This document shows positions 49,295-59,279 of a stretch of 64,000 bases of DNA, one piece after another. The position numbers and the translations under genes are program-made. The stretch lies in the NCBI GenBank assembly GCA_963752595.1, contig CAVVYZ010000013.1, positions 64,001-128,000 on the forward strand, given 5' to 3'. Each line of letters starts with the position of its first letter. Position 1 is the stretch's first letter. The DNA comes from an uncultured delta proteobacterium. Its GTDB lineage: Bacteria; Desulfobacterota; Desulfomonilia; UBA1062. Under the pieces are notes generated by a model, which saw only the letters and a list, made by a program, of their open reading frames with translations, did no database searches and was not told the DNA's origin.

Positions 49295-50200
49295 AGCCGG
49301 ATAGAGATTCTTCGACCGGGATGACGTGCCTGCTCCGCCTCCGACCCCCTCACAAGCTGTATTCCGTGCCCTGATACGACACAAGATAGCGCTCATAGGC
49401 ATGGCCATCATGCTGTCTTCTCATGCTTGTAGCGGTATTCGCGCCGCTCATCCTGCCCCGTACGACCCGAACGAGCAGGACCTCTACCATGTCCTGGAAG
49501 GCCCATCCCGGCAGCACCTGCTCGGTACTGACGACGTGGGCCGGGACCTGCTGTCGCGGGTCATCTACGGTTCGCGGGTAACCCTGATGATGGGCGCCGT
49601 CTCCACCCTGTTCTCGGGCCTTATCGGCGTGTTGCTCGGCCTGGTAGCGGGCTACAAGGGCGGGATCATCGATATGGTCATCATGCGCATCACCGACACC
49701 TTCATGTGCATGCCTGCCCTGGTCCTGATCCTTGCCATCATGGCCGCCATGGGCCCGGGCATGGAGAGTGTCATCCTCTCCATCACGATCCTTGCGTGGA
49801 CCGCGTTCGCGCGCATCGTGCGGGGCCAGGTGATGCTGGTGCGCGAGCTCCCCTATGTGGAGGCGGCCCATGCCATGGGCGCCTCGGGTTTCAGGATCAT
49901 ATTCCGGCACCTGCTGCCCAATGTCATGGCCCCGATCATCGTTACCACCACCATCGCGCTGGGCGGAAACATCATGCTGGAGAGCGCGGTGTCCTTCCTG
50001 GGCTAGGCGTCCAGCCGCCCACGTCGAGCTGGGGAAACGAGCTGCGGATCGGCTATTCCTACCTGGAGATCGTGCCGCTGTTTTCCATTGCGCCGGGATT
50101 GATGATAACCCTGGCGGTCCTGGCCTTCAACTTCATGGGCGACGGCCTCAGGGATGCCCTCGACCCGCGGCTCCGCGGAAATGACAGGATGATGAAATAA
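49291..50200 (+). CDS. Opp/Dpp ABC permease C (frameshifted)
   Basis: HLLGTDDVGRD, YVEAAHAMGA, RHLLPN, GDGLRDALDPR. Confidence 0.85.
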
Positions 50201-50210
50201 GGTAAAAGAT

Positions 50211-51180
50211 ATGCTGCTCGATGTGCAGAAACCTGACCACGCATTTCCTTACCGATAACGGCATCGTCAAGGCCGTGGACGATGTCTCCTACGGTCTGGA
50301 TGAAGGAGAGACGTAGGCCATCGTGGGCGAGAGCGGCTGCGGCAAGACCGTGAGTGCCCTTTCGCTCCTGGGCTCATCCCGGACCCGCCGGGCAGGATCG
50401 TCAAGGGCGAGGTCCTGTTCGAGGGCAGGGACCTCCTGAAGACTGAGCGAAGACGAGATCTGCCGCATCCGGGGCAACCGGATCGCCATGATCTTCCAGG
50501 AACCCATGACCTCGCTCAACCCGGTGCTGACCATCGGAAGCCAGGTCATGGAGCCTCTGATGCTCCACAAGGGCATGAACAGGAAGGAGGCGCTCCGGGA
50601 ATGCATCGAGCTGCTGAAGATGGTGCGGATCCCCGATGCCGCGAGCCAGGGTCAACGCCTTTCCCCACCAGTTCAGCGGCGGCATGCGGCAGCGGGCCAT
50701 GATCTCCATGGGGCTGGCCTGCAACCCCAGGCTCATCATTGCCGATGAGCCCACCACGGCCCTGGACGTGACCATCCAGGCCGAGCTCCTGGAGCTCATG
50801 AAAGGATCTCACCCGGGACCACGGGACCGCCCTGATCATCATCACCCACAACCTGGGCATCGTGGCCCGGTATGCGGACAGGGTCATGTCATGTATGCCG
50901 GAAAGATCATCGAAAAGGCCGTGACCAGGGACCTCTACCGCGACTCCGCTGCACCCGTACACGGTCGGGCTCATGGAATCCGTGCCCCGGCTGGACCAGG
51001 ACATCAGGCAGAAGCTCATGCCCATCGAAGGTCAGCCCCCGGACCTCTGCCAGGCTGCCCCGGGCTGCGCCTTCCACCCGCGGTGCAGGCATGCGCTTGA
51101 CCGGTGCAGGGAAGAGGCCCCTGTCTCTGAAGGAAGATCGCCGAAAACCATGAGGCGGCGTGCTGGACTCGATGCATGAC
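50211..51180 (+). CDS. Opp/Dpp ABC ATPase D (heavily frameshifted, in-frame TAG at 50314)
   Basis: [45 protein letters not shown] across frames; end approximate. Confidence 0.78.
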
Positions 51181-52179
51181 ATGAACAGAGTGATGTCCTC
51201 ATCCGGGTCAAGACCTGAAAAAGCATTTCCCCATCTATCAGGGAGTGATCTTCAAGAAAAAGATCGGCGATCTCAAGGCCGTCGACGGCGTGAGCTTCAC
51301 ATCCACAGGGGGAGACCCTCGGGCTCGTGGGCGAGAGCGGCTGCGGCAAGACCACCACCGGCAGGACCATCCTGCAGCTCGAGCGACCGACCTGCGGAGA
51401 GGTACTGTTCGAGGGCACGGACATCACCGGGCTCGGGAAGTATGAGCCAGGAAGCTCAGGAAGCACATGCAGATCATCTACCAGGACCCCTTCGGTTCCC
51501 TGGACCCCCGGATGACCGTCGGCGACATCGTGGGCGAGCCCTTGATGATCCATCAACCTGGCAAGGGGAAGAGGCGAATACGCCGACCGGGTCGGAAGCC
51601 TGCTGGAGACGTGGGCCTGAACCCGGCCATGGCCGTCGAGGTATCCCCACGAGTTCAGCGGCGGTCAGCGGCAGCGCATCGGCATAGCCCGGGCGCTGGC
51701 GGTCAAGCCGGACTTCATCGTCTGCGACGAGCCGGTATCCGCCCTGGATGTGTCGATCCAGGCCCAGATCATCAACCTCCTGGAAGACCTGCAGGAAAGG
51801 TTCAGCCTCACCTACCTCTTCATCGCCCACGACCTGCCGTGGTCAGGCACATCAGCGACCGGATCGCCGTGATGTACCTGGGCGAGATCGTCGAGATCGC
51901 GGACCGGCGGCGACCTGTACCATAACCCGGCGGCACCCCTACACCCGGGCGCTGCTCTCGGCCGTGCCCATCCCGGACCCGGAAGTCGAGTACGACACGG
52001 GAGCACTGCATGATACAGGGGCGAGGTGCCGAGCCTGCTCAATATCCCGGACGCGTGCAGGTTCCATCCCCGCTGCCCGCTGGCGCAAACGATCTGCACG
52101 GGAGACCAAGCCCGTGCTGAAAGCACTGGATACAAGCGGGCACATGGTCGCCTGCCATTTCGGGATGATAAGACGCTGA
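51173..52179 (+). CDS. Opp/Dpp ABC ATPase F (heavily frameshifted)
   Basis: [41 protein letters not shown] across frames; start approximate. Confidence 0.78.
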
Positions 52180-52207
52180 AACGTTTCAAGGAGGTCATGA
52201 GGAACTG

Positions 52208-53993
52208 ATGCGAAAAGATACTGTTCACGCTATCCTGCATCGCAAGCGGGGTGCTCATCTTCCTTGGGGATGATCGCCCTGCCGCCTGCCCGGGCGCAGG
52301 AAAATCCGAAGGCGAGACCGGGCTGGATGGAATGGGGCCCGAAATATTCTCCCGCAAAGCCTGTCAGGGGCGGGAACCTGCGCATAGCCTTTCCGGTATA
52401 CATCGGGGTGATGAACCCTAATCACTTTCCTGTCCTGGACTGGCCCACCATGAGTTATATGTACGAAAGGCTCATCCACTTCGACAGCAGCTACAGGCCG
52501 ACGCACCCTGGCTCGCCGAGTCGTGGAAATACATCGATGACGTTACCGTGGTCATGAAGCTAAAGAAGGGCGTCATGTTCCACGACGGGTCCCCGTTCAA
52601 TGCCCGGAGCCTCAAATACCAGATGGACTGGATCATGGACAGGGACAACATGGCCTGGACCAGAGCCTGGATCGAACCCCTGAAGTCGGTCGAAGTGGTG
52701 GACGAGTACACGGTCAGATGGCATTTCAAGAGGCCCTGGGGATCGTTCCTGGGGACCATGGCAAGCGTTCCCGGGTATGCCGTCTCGGCCAAAGCCCTTG
52801 AACGCGATGCCGCAAGAGCAAAGGCGAAAAGGATCGAGCGGGAGCTCGTCACTGCGCGGCGCAAGGCCAAGAATGGAAAAGACCCGGATAAGGCGGCCAA
52901 GGCGGCTCAGCTCACGGTCGACCTGGAGGCGCAGCTGAAGAAATACACGGAGCTTGCTAAGGGCGCCGGGCCGCTCGATATCAACCCGGTCGGCACCGGG
53001 CCGTATATGTTCGAATCTGCCAGCACGGATAATTACATACAATTGAAGCGCAACCCCGACTGGTGGTTCGGCAAGAGCATAGGGCATCCCGACATGCCGT
53101 ATTTCGACGGGATCCGGGTCTCGGTCATCCCGGATCCGTCCGTCCGGCTGGCAAACCTCAAGGCGGGCAAGCTCGATTTCATTCTGCTCGATGCCACCCA
53201 GTACCGGCTCGTGAAAAACGATCGGAACTTCAACTCCGGAGCCATGCCCATGAACTGGCTGGTGTTTCTCACCTTCAACCATGCGAAGGGGCCGTGCTCG
53301 GACATCAGGGTCCGTCAGGCCATCTCCCATGCCATAGACCGGAAGGCCCTGGTCATGGGGACCCAGTTCGGGCTCGGAAGGGTGTCGAGCTGCGTGTACC
53401 CCGACGACCACTGGGCACATAATCCGGACCTGAAGCCCGTGAGCTATGACCCCGGGCTGTCGAAGAAGCTTCTTGCCCAGGCCGGGTATGCGAACGGGCT
53501 CACCATAAAAGGCTTTACCCTCAATACACCCGAGGCCCAGGCCTTTGCAAAGGCCGTGATGGCCATGCTGGCAAAGGTCGGGATCACGTGGCAACCGGTC
53601 TTTCTGGGCATCACCGGGATGATCGAGCCTTTCCGGAAGCTGGACTTCGACGTGATCGGAAACCTCTACCCCTGGATTCAGGAGCCGGACCACGCCGCCA
53701 CGCTGCTCTACGATCCTGCCAGCCCCTTGAATAACGGCAGGAGCAATAACCCGAAGGCGTTAGCACTCATCAAAGAGGGAAGAACCACGGTGGACGAGGC
53801 AAAGAGGGCAAAGATCTACCATGAGCTTGAAAAGGTGCTTTACGGCAATTACGAAGATGCCTGGCTGTGGTGGCCGACGGCGGTCCTGGTCAGCAGCAAA
53901 AATGTCATGGGATACAATAAGGACATGCACCGGCAGTATGGGGAAGGCTATATTTTTTCGCATCCGCAGTGGTTCAGGGACGGGCATCCGTGA
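52208..53993 (+). CDS. Family 5 (Opp/Dpp) ABC substrate-binding protein (frameshifts in the 5' part)
   Basis: KLKKGVMFHDGSPFNA, PVGTGPY, DIRVRQAISHAIDR. Confidence 0.88.
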
Positions 53994-54079
53994 TCTGACC
54001 CATTCAGGTCGGACCAGGTACCTTGTCAATTTTGCATAAGGGGAGACAATAATAGCCCCCTGGCCAAAGTATTTCAAGT

Positions 54080-54136
54080 TCCCTCGCCCCCGGGGCACCC
54101 GCAAAGCGGGTCGTGAGAGGGACAGGGGGAGGGGAC
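54080..54136. repeat. REP-like palindromic element, copy 2 (inverted)
   Basis: Exact 40-bp inverted match to 46817-46856. Confidence 0.85.
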
Positions 54137-54161
54137 TTAGGTCTAACAATCCGAGGGTACT

Positions 54162-55502
54162 TCATTTGTCCGGCTCCGGTTCTCCCTTTTCAGTCGGCCT
54201 TTGGGAAGGCAGCGGCTTTATCCGCACCTGGTCCACCCGTTTGCCGTCCATCTCCACCACCTCGAAGCGCTTGTCCGCGTACTCGAAAGCGTCACCCTCG
54301 GTAGGAATCCGGCCGAGCATGGCCATGACGAACCCGCCCAGGGTGTCGAACCCTTCTTCTGCCTCCTCGGGCAGTTCTCTCATATCGAGGTGCTCCATGA
54401 ACTCCTGGAGCGGCAGTCGGCCGTCCATGAGCCATGCCCCGTTTTCAAGCCGTATCGATTCGGGCTCTTCGGGCAAGCCGGGGCTGCGGATCTCTCCTAC
54501 GAGCGCTTCCACGATATCCGTCATGGTCACCAGGCCGTGCGTGCCCCCGAATTCGTCGATTACCAGGGCCATGTGCTGCCCCGATTGCTTGAACAGCTCC
54601 AGCATCTCAAGCGTCGATTTGCTCTCGGGCACGAACACCGGGGGCTTCATGAGCGTGCGTATGTCGGCGGGCGGGCTCATGAGCTGCCGGGTGAGCACAT
54701 CGCGGCCTCCCACGACGCCGATGACATTGTCCAGATTCTCTTTCGCCACCGGGAATGAGGTATGCGGGCTGTTCACGACCGTGGCCAGGATGTTTTCAAA
54801 GGCGTCGTCGACATCCAGCCAGACAACCTCCATGCGCGGGGTGATGATCGCGCTCACTCGCAGGTCGTCAAGGCGCAGGGCGCTCTCGATGATATCCTGT
54901 TCCGTGGGCTCGAATATGCCCGCCCGTTCGCCCTGTTCGAGCAGGATGCTGATCTCTTCGGCGGTTACCGGCAGCTCCTTGGCCTGCCTGATTCCGAGCA
55001 GCCGGACGAGCAGGTCTGTCGAAGCGCTCAGGAGATAGACAACCGGGGCAAGGAGAACCGAGATAAACCGCATGGGCCGGGCCATGGCCGAGGCGAGGCC
55101 TTCGGGGTTGCTCAGTGCGATCCGCTTGGGCAGGAGCTCCCCGATAACCAGCGTCAGGTATGTGATGACCAGCACCACTACTCCCAGGCTGACGGCATAG
55201 GCATAGGGTCCGAGTACCGGAATCCACATCAGTTCAGCCGAGAGGAACCCTGCGACAGTTGCACCGCCGAATGCTCCCGCCAGTATGCCGACCAGGGTGA
55301 TGCCGATCTGAACGGTCGAAAGGAATCGCGTAGGCTCGGATATCAGTGCCAGAGCCATCCGGGCGCCTTTGTCACCGGTGTCGGCACGCTGCTGCAGACG
55401 CGCCCTGCGGGCTGAGATCACGGCTATTTCAGCCAGGGCGAACACGCCGTTTGCGATGATCAGCAGCAGGATGACGAGGGAGTCTATAAGGAAGCTTGAC
55501 AC
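54162..55502 (-). CDS. Hemolysin-family/CNNM protein (DUF21, CBS pair, CorC domain)
   Basis: FLSTVQIGIT, GELLPKRIA, ITPR, VIDEFGG, DTLGG. Confidence 0.93.
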   Translation of the reverse strand: MSSFLIDSLVILLLIIANGVFALAEIAVISARRARLQQRADTGDKGARMALALISEPTRFLSTVQIGITLVGILAGAFGGATVAGFLSAELMWIPVLGPYAYAVSLGVVVLVITYLTLVIGELLPKRIALSNPEGLASAMARPMRFISVLLAPVVYLLSASTDLLVRLLGIRQAKELPVTAEEISILLEQGERAGIFEPTEQDIIESALRLDDLRVSAIITPRMEVVWLDVDDAFENILATVVNSPHTSFPVAKENLDNVIGVVGGRDVLTRQLMSPPADIRTLMKPPVFVPESKSTLEMLELFKQSGQHMALVIDEFGGTHGLVTMTDIVEALVGEIRSPGLPEEPESIRLENGAWLMDGRLPLQEFMEHLDMRELPEEAEEGFDTLGGFVMAMLGRIPTEGDAFEYADKRFEVVEMDGKRVDQVRIKPLPSQRPTEKGEPEPDK

Positions 55503-55962
55503 ATCCCATACCTGATACGGTCAGTTTTTATACAATAAAGTCTAATGGGAATAGCCAAGCATTCAAGTAAATGCACCGGCATCCTATGAGGAAGGCCGGG
55601 AAGAATCGTCACTTTTCCCTCAAAGTGAAGCAGAAAGGAACAATATATTATTGAAATAAAGCATGGCTCACAAGTGACTCCATGGGCCGGTAGAGAGGCA
55701 GAATAAACCGACTTGAGATATATACTGCACCACATATTATAACTTACACGAGCCGTATGCATTACCCGGAAGGGATGAGTAACAGCCAGCCCGAAAAGGA
55801 AATACATATGGCTCGATTTTTGTCATGGCCCGGTCCGGACAAGACACTTTGGATATATACCGGACCGCCTGCACATGGACAACCGGTATCCATGCATGAT
55901 CAATAAGCCAAGCCGTGGTGAAAAGCCGACAGCAGATCGATTGAAAAGGAGAAGTAAAATCC

Positions 55963-56121
55963 ATGCCGATCTTTTTTCTTATCGCAGCCATCATTTCCGG
56001 CATACTTGCCTTTAAAATCTTTTTCGGGCTTGTATCCCTGCTGTTTAAAATCCTGCTCATCCTGTTTTTTATTCTCTTTATCGTGACGTACTTCAGGGGG
56101 AGGGGACGTGCAATAACATAA
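55963..56121 (+). CDS. Small 52-aa membrane protein (DUF1328-like), below the ORF-track cutoff
   Basis: AGGAG RBS; MPIFFLIAAIISGILAFKIFFGLVSLLFKILLILFFILFIVTYFRGRG. Confidence 0.6.
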   Translation: MPIFFLIAAIISGILAFKIFFGLVSLLFKILLILFFILFIVTYFRGRGRAIT

Positions 56122-56484
56122 CCTCCGGACCGACGGGCAGGGATATCGATTTTCAATCCCCTAAGCCACCTGTGTCCTGCGAACGGTCTTTGTTTCAGGC
56201 GCATTTTCTCAAGCCTCATCCGCTGCTTGTAAAATTATCCACACCTCTTATCATCAGTTATACGAGCCATCTGTACCTCCTTGAGGATCAATTTCCTCCT
56301 ATGCCGAACGGAGATGCTTTTGGCTCGTTTTACTGTGTATCGGAGGTATGGGAATCAGGTTTTCACAGCGTACCATACGGGTATTTGAAATCGGGAAGGA
56401 TACTTCTTCTGCACATCTCTTCCATACCCGTCTTTGTATAACTGGCGGTCCAGCTCATAAACCAATAAACAATGGAGTAATGCC

Positions 56485-58035
56485 ATGGATGATCAACGGA
56501 AAAAACTGCCGGAAACAAAGGCAGACCTGCAGGGAAAGCCCACAAGCCTCTGGACTGATACTACGCCGGAGACCGATTTTCCCAAGCCGGGTCATGACCT
56601 CCATGTGGATGCGGCGGTCGTTGGAGGAGGCATAGCGGGTCTGACCACGGCCATGCTGCTGCAGGAGGGAGGCCTGAATGTCGCGGTGATCGAAGCCCGA
56701 GGCATCGTCACAGGGGTGACAGCAAACACGACGGCAAAGATAACCGCTTTGCACGGAACTGTCTACAAAAGCCTGATATCCACGTTCGGACGCGAGGGAG
56801 CCCAGATCTATGCCCAAGCCAATCAAACGGCCATCGATAAGATCGAGGACTTTGTTGATAAGGAAGGTATAGACTGTGATTTCCGTCGTGATTTCTCCTG
56901 CACCTATACCTCTTCTGATAAGATGGTCAGCCGGATAGAAGAGGAGGTCAGAGCTGCCGAGAGTGCAGGGCTTCCTGTGTATTTTACGGAAACCACCACG
57001 CTGCCGTATCCTGTCAGGGGAGCGGTTTGCTTGAAAGACCAGGCCAGGTTCCACCCCAGGAAATATCTGCTGGGAATGGTCCTGAAATTTACGGGAGCAG
57101 GGGGAAAGATCTTCGAAAATACCCGGTGCAGAACCATTCGAAAAGGCAAGTCCTTTTCTGATGTGGTAACGGATAACGGCATTGTGCGTGCAAAGGATGT
57201 TGTTATTGCCACAAATTATCCTTTCTATGACCCGGCCTTTTATTTTTCACGGTTGTATCCCTACCGGTCGTATGTCCTGGGGGTAAGGCTGAACACCCCT
57301 TGCCCGGAGGGGATGTATATCAGTATCGAAGAACCGTTTCGTTCCGCTCGCAGAAATCCCATCGAAGGTGGGGAGATACTCATCGTAGGAGGGGTGCATC
57401 ATAAAACCGGCATGGTAGAAGATACCGTACGACTCTATAAGGATCTCGAAGGATTTGCCCGCAGCAGCTTCGATGTGAAGTCCATCGATTACCATTGGTC
57501 AACCCAGGACAATTCTACCCCGGATCACGTCCCCTATATCGGGCAGGCCTCGCCGATTCACAAAAATATTTATATCGTTACCGGATTTAAAGGATGGGGA
57601 ATGGCGCACGGCATGGTGGCGGCAATGATTCTCTCGGATGCCATCCTTGGGAGGAAAAACGACTGGGCTTCCCTCTATGACCCTTTGCGCTTCAAACCGA
57701 GCAGCGCCTTCGAATTTGCGAAGGAAAACCTGCAAGTTGCAAAGAGCTTCGTGAAAGATCGCCTGCTGCCGATTTCCGATCATCTGGATACGCAGAACCT
57801 GAGGCCGGGAGAAGGGGGAGTCTTCCAGGGTAAAGATGCGAAAACGGCGGTTGCAAAGGACAGCCAGGGAAACCTTCATGCCGTTTCTCCGGTATGCGTG
57901 CATATGGGGTGCATGCTTTCGTGGAACAATGCGGAAGAAACCTGGGACTGCCCGTGCCACGGGTCACGGTTCGATGCTGACGGGCATGTGATCCAAGCCC
58001 CTGCGAACAGGGACCTGGAGAAAAAATCAATCTAG
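56485..58035 (+). CDS. FAD-dependent oxidoreductase with C-terminal Rieske domain (YhfW-like)
   Basis: VGGGIAG, WSTQD, C-x-H-x-GC...WDCPCHGSRF. Confidence 0.92.
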   Translation: MDDQRKKLPETKADLQGKPTSLWTDTTPETDFPKPGHDLHVDAAVVGGGIAGLTTAMLLQEGGLNVAVIEARGIVTGVTANTTAKITALHGTVYKSLISTFGREGAQIYAQANQTAIDKIEDFVDKEGIDCDFRRDFSCTYTSSDKMVSRIEEEVRAAESAGLPVYFTETTTLPYPVRGAVCLKDQARFHPRKYLLGMVLKFTGAGGKIFENTRCRTIRKGKSFSDVVTDNGIVRAKDVVIATNYPFYDPAFYFSRLYPYRSYVLGVRLNTPCPEGMYISIEEPFRSARRNPIEGGEILIVGGVHHKTGMVEDTVRLYKDLEGFARSSFDVKSIDYHWSTQDNSTPDHVPYIGQASPIHKNIYIVTGFKGWGMAHGMVAAMILSDAILGRKNDWASLYDPLRFKPSSAFEFAKENLQVAKSFVKDRLLPISDHLDTQNLRPGEGGVFQGKDAKTAVAKDSQGNLHAVSPVCVHMGCMLSWNNAEETWDCPCHGSRFDADGHVIQAPANRDLEKKSI

Positions 58036-58225
58036 GGAGGCACAAAAAATGGTGAAAAAAAAGCGTTGCTGCAGGCTCATTGCAAGGAGACGCAAGAGAC
58101 GTTGTTGTATCGTTTAGCCCCGGCAGAGGTTGTCCTTGGCTGATGAAGTCAGTTCATCGTAACCTTTTTCGAAACAGTACGGGAAAGAGACAGCACCTAA
58201 AAGGGTGAAGGAGGGTGTAAGCAGC

Positions 58226-59263
58226 GTGAAGATTGCCCAGGTTGCACCCCTATATGAGCCTGTGCCGCCAAGGCTCTACGGAGGCACGGAAAGGGTTGTA
58301 TCCTATATTTGCGAAGAGCTTGTCCGGAGAGGGCATGAGGTTACGCTCTTTGCAAGCGGCGACTCCAGAACAAAGGCGGAACTCCGCAGTGTGATACCCA
58401 ATGCCATCCGGCTGGATGATCATGGGCCCGATCCCTACGCGTTTCACGTTATGGAGCTGACGGAGGTCTCGGCAAAGGCTGATGTGTTCGACATCATACA
58501 CTGCCACCTGGAATACCTTGCATTTCCCTTCAGCAGGTTCTTCGGGACGCCATCCGTACACACCCTCCACGGAAGGCTCGATCTTCCCTACTGGGAACCT
58601 ATGCTGAAGATTTATCCTGATATTTCTCTGGTATCCGTAAGCAACAGTCAGCGACTCCCTCTGGATGGTTTAGAGGCGCACTGGATGGATACCATCTATC
58701 ACGGTCTGCCCGATCACTGCTTCCGGCTCTATCCCGGCAAAGGAAAGTATCTGGCATATTACTCCAGGATGTCCCGGGAAAAACGTCCCGACCTGGCGAT
58801 AGAGGTGGCAAAGAAAACGAACATTCCCCTGAAGATGGCCGGGAAGATCGGCAAAGAAGACGAAGACTATTTCACCCGGAAAATAGAGACGGAACTGGAT
58901 CATCCCCTGATCGAATTCATCGGTGAGATCGGAGATAAGGAGCGGGCAGTTCTGCTCGGGAACGCCATGGCGCTTCTCTTTCCCATAGAGTGGCCCGAGC
59001 CCTTCGGGCTGGTGATGATCGAAGCGATGGCCAATGGAACGCCGGTGATCGCACGCCCCTTCGGCGCGGTCCCGGAGTTGATCGACGAGGGAGTGACCGG
59101 TCTGATCGCACACGATGTGGACGGACTGGTGGAAGCGGTCGGAAAAGTCGGACAGATCGACCGAGAGGGCTGCTATCTTAAGGCTCGGGAGCGTTTCTCG
59201 GTGAAAGCCATGGTCGACCGGTATGAAAAGGTATACCTGGCACTCATGGGCGAGGGGATGTGA
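58226..59263 (+). CDS. Glycosyltransferase family 4
   Basis: VPPRLYGGTERV, WPEPFGLVMIEAMA.GTPV. Confidence 0.93.
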   Translation: MKIAQVAPLYEPVPPRLYGGTERVVSYICEELVRRGHEVTLFASGDSRTKAELRSVIPNAIRLDDHGPDPYAFHVMELTEVSAKADVFDIIHCHLEYLAFPFSRFFGTPSVHTLHGRLDLPYWEPMLKIYPDISLVSVSNSQRLPLDGLEAHWMDTIYHGLPDHCFRLYPGKGKYLAYYSRMSREKRPDLAIEVAKKTNIPLKMAGKIGKEDEDYFTRKIETELDHPLIEFIGEIGDKERAVLLGNAMALLFPIEWPEPFGLVMIEAMANGTPVIARPFGAVPELIDEGVTGLIAHDVDGLVEAVGKVGQIDREGCYLKARERFSVKAMVDRYEKVYLALMGEGM

Positions 59264-59279
59264 CCTAAGAGATTTACGC

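Noticed and set aside
50314-50316. In-frame TAG in the ABC ATPase as pyrrolysine or recoding
   Set aside because: The position is normally Leu (GETLAIVGESG) and lies in the most error-rich block; no pyl genes are visible.
46809-54136. Composite transposon
   Set aside because: No transposase and no target-site duplication identified; kept only as a repeat observation.
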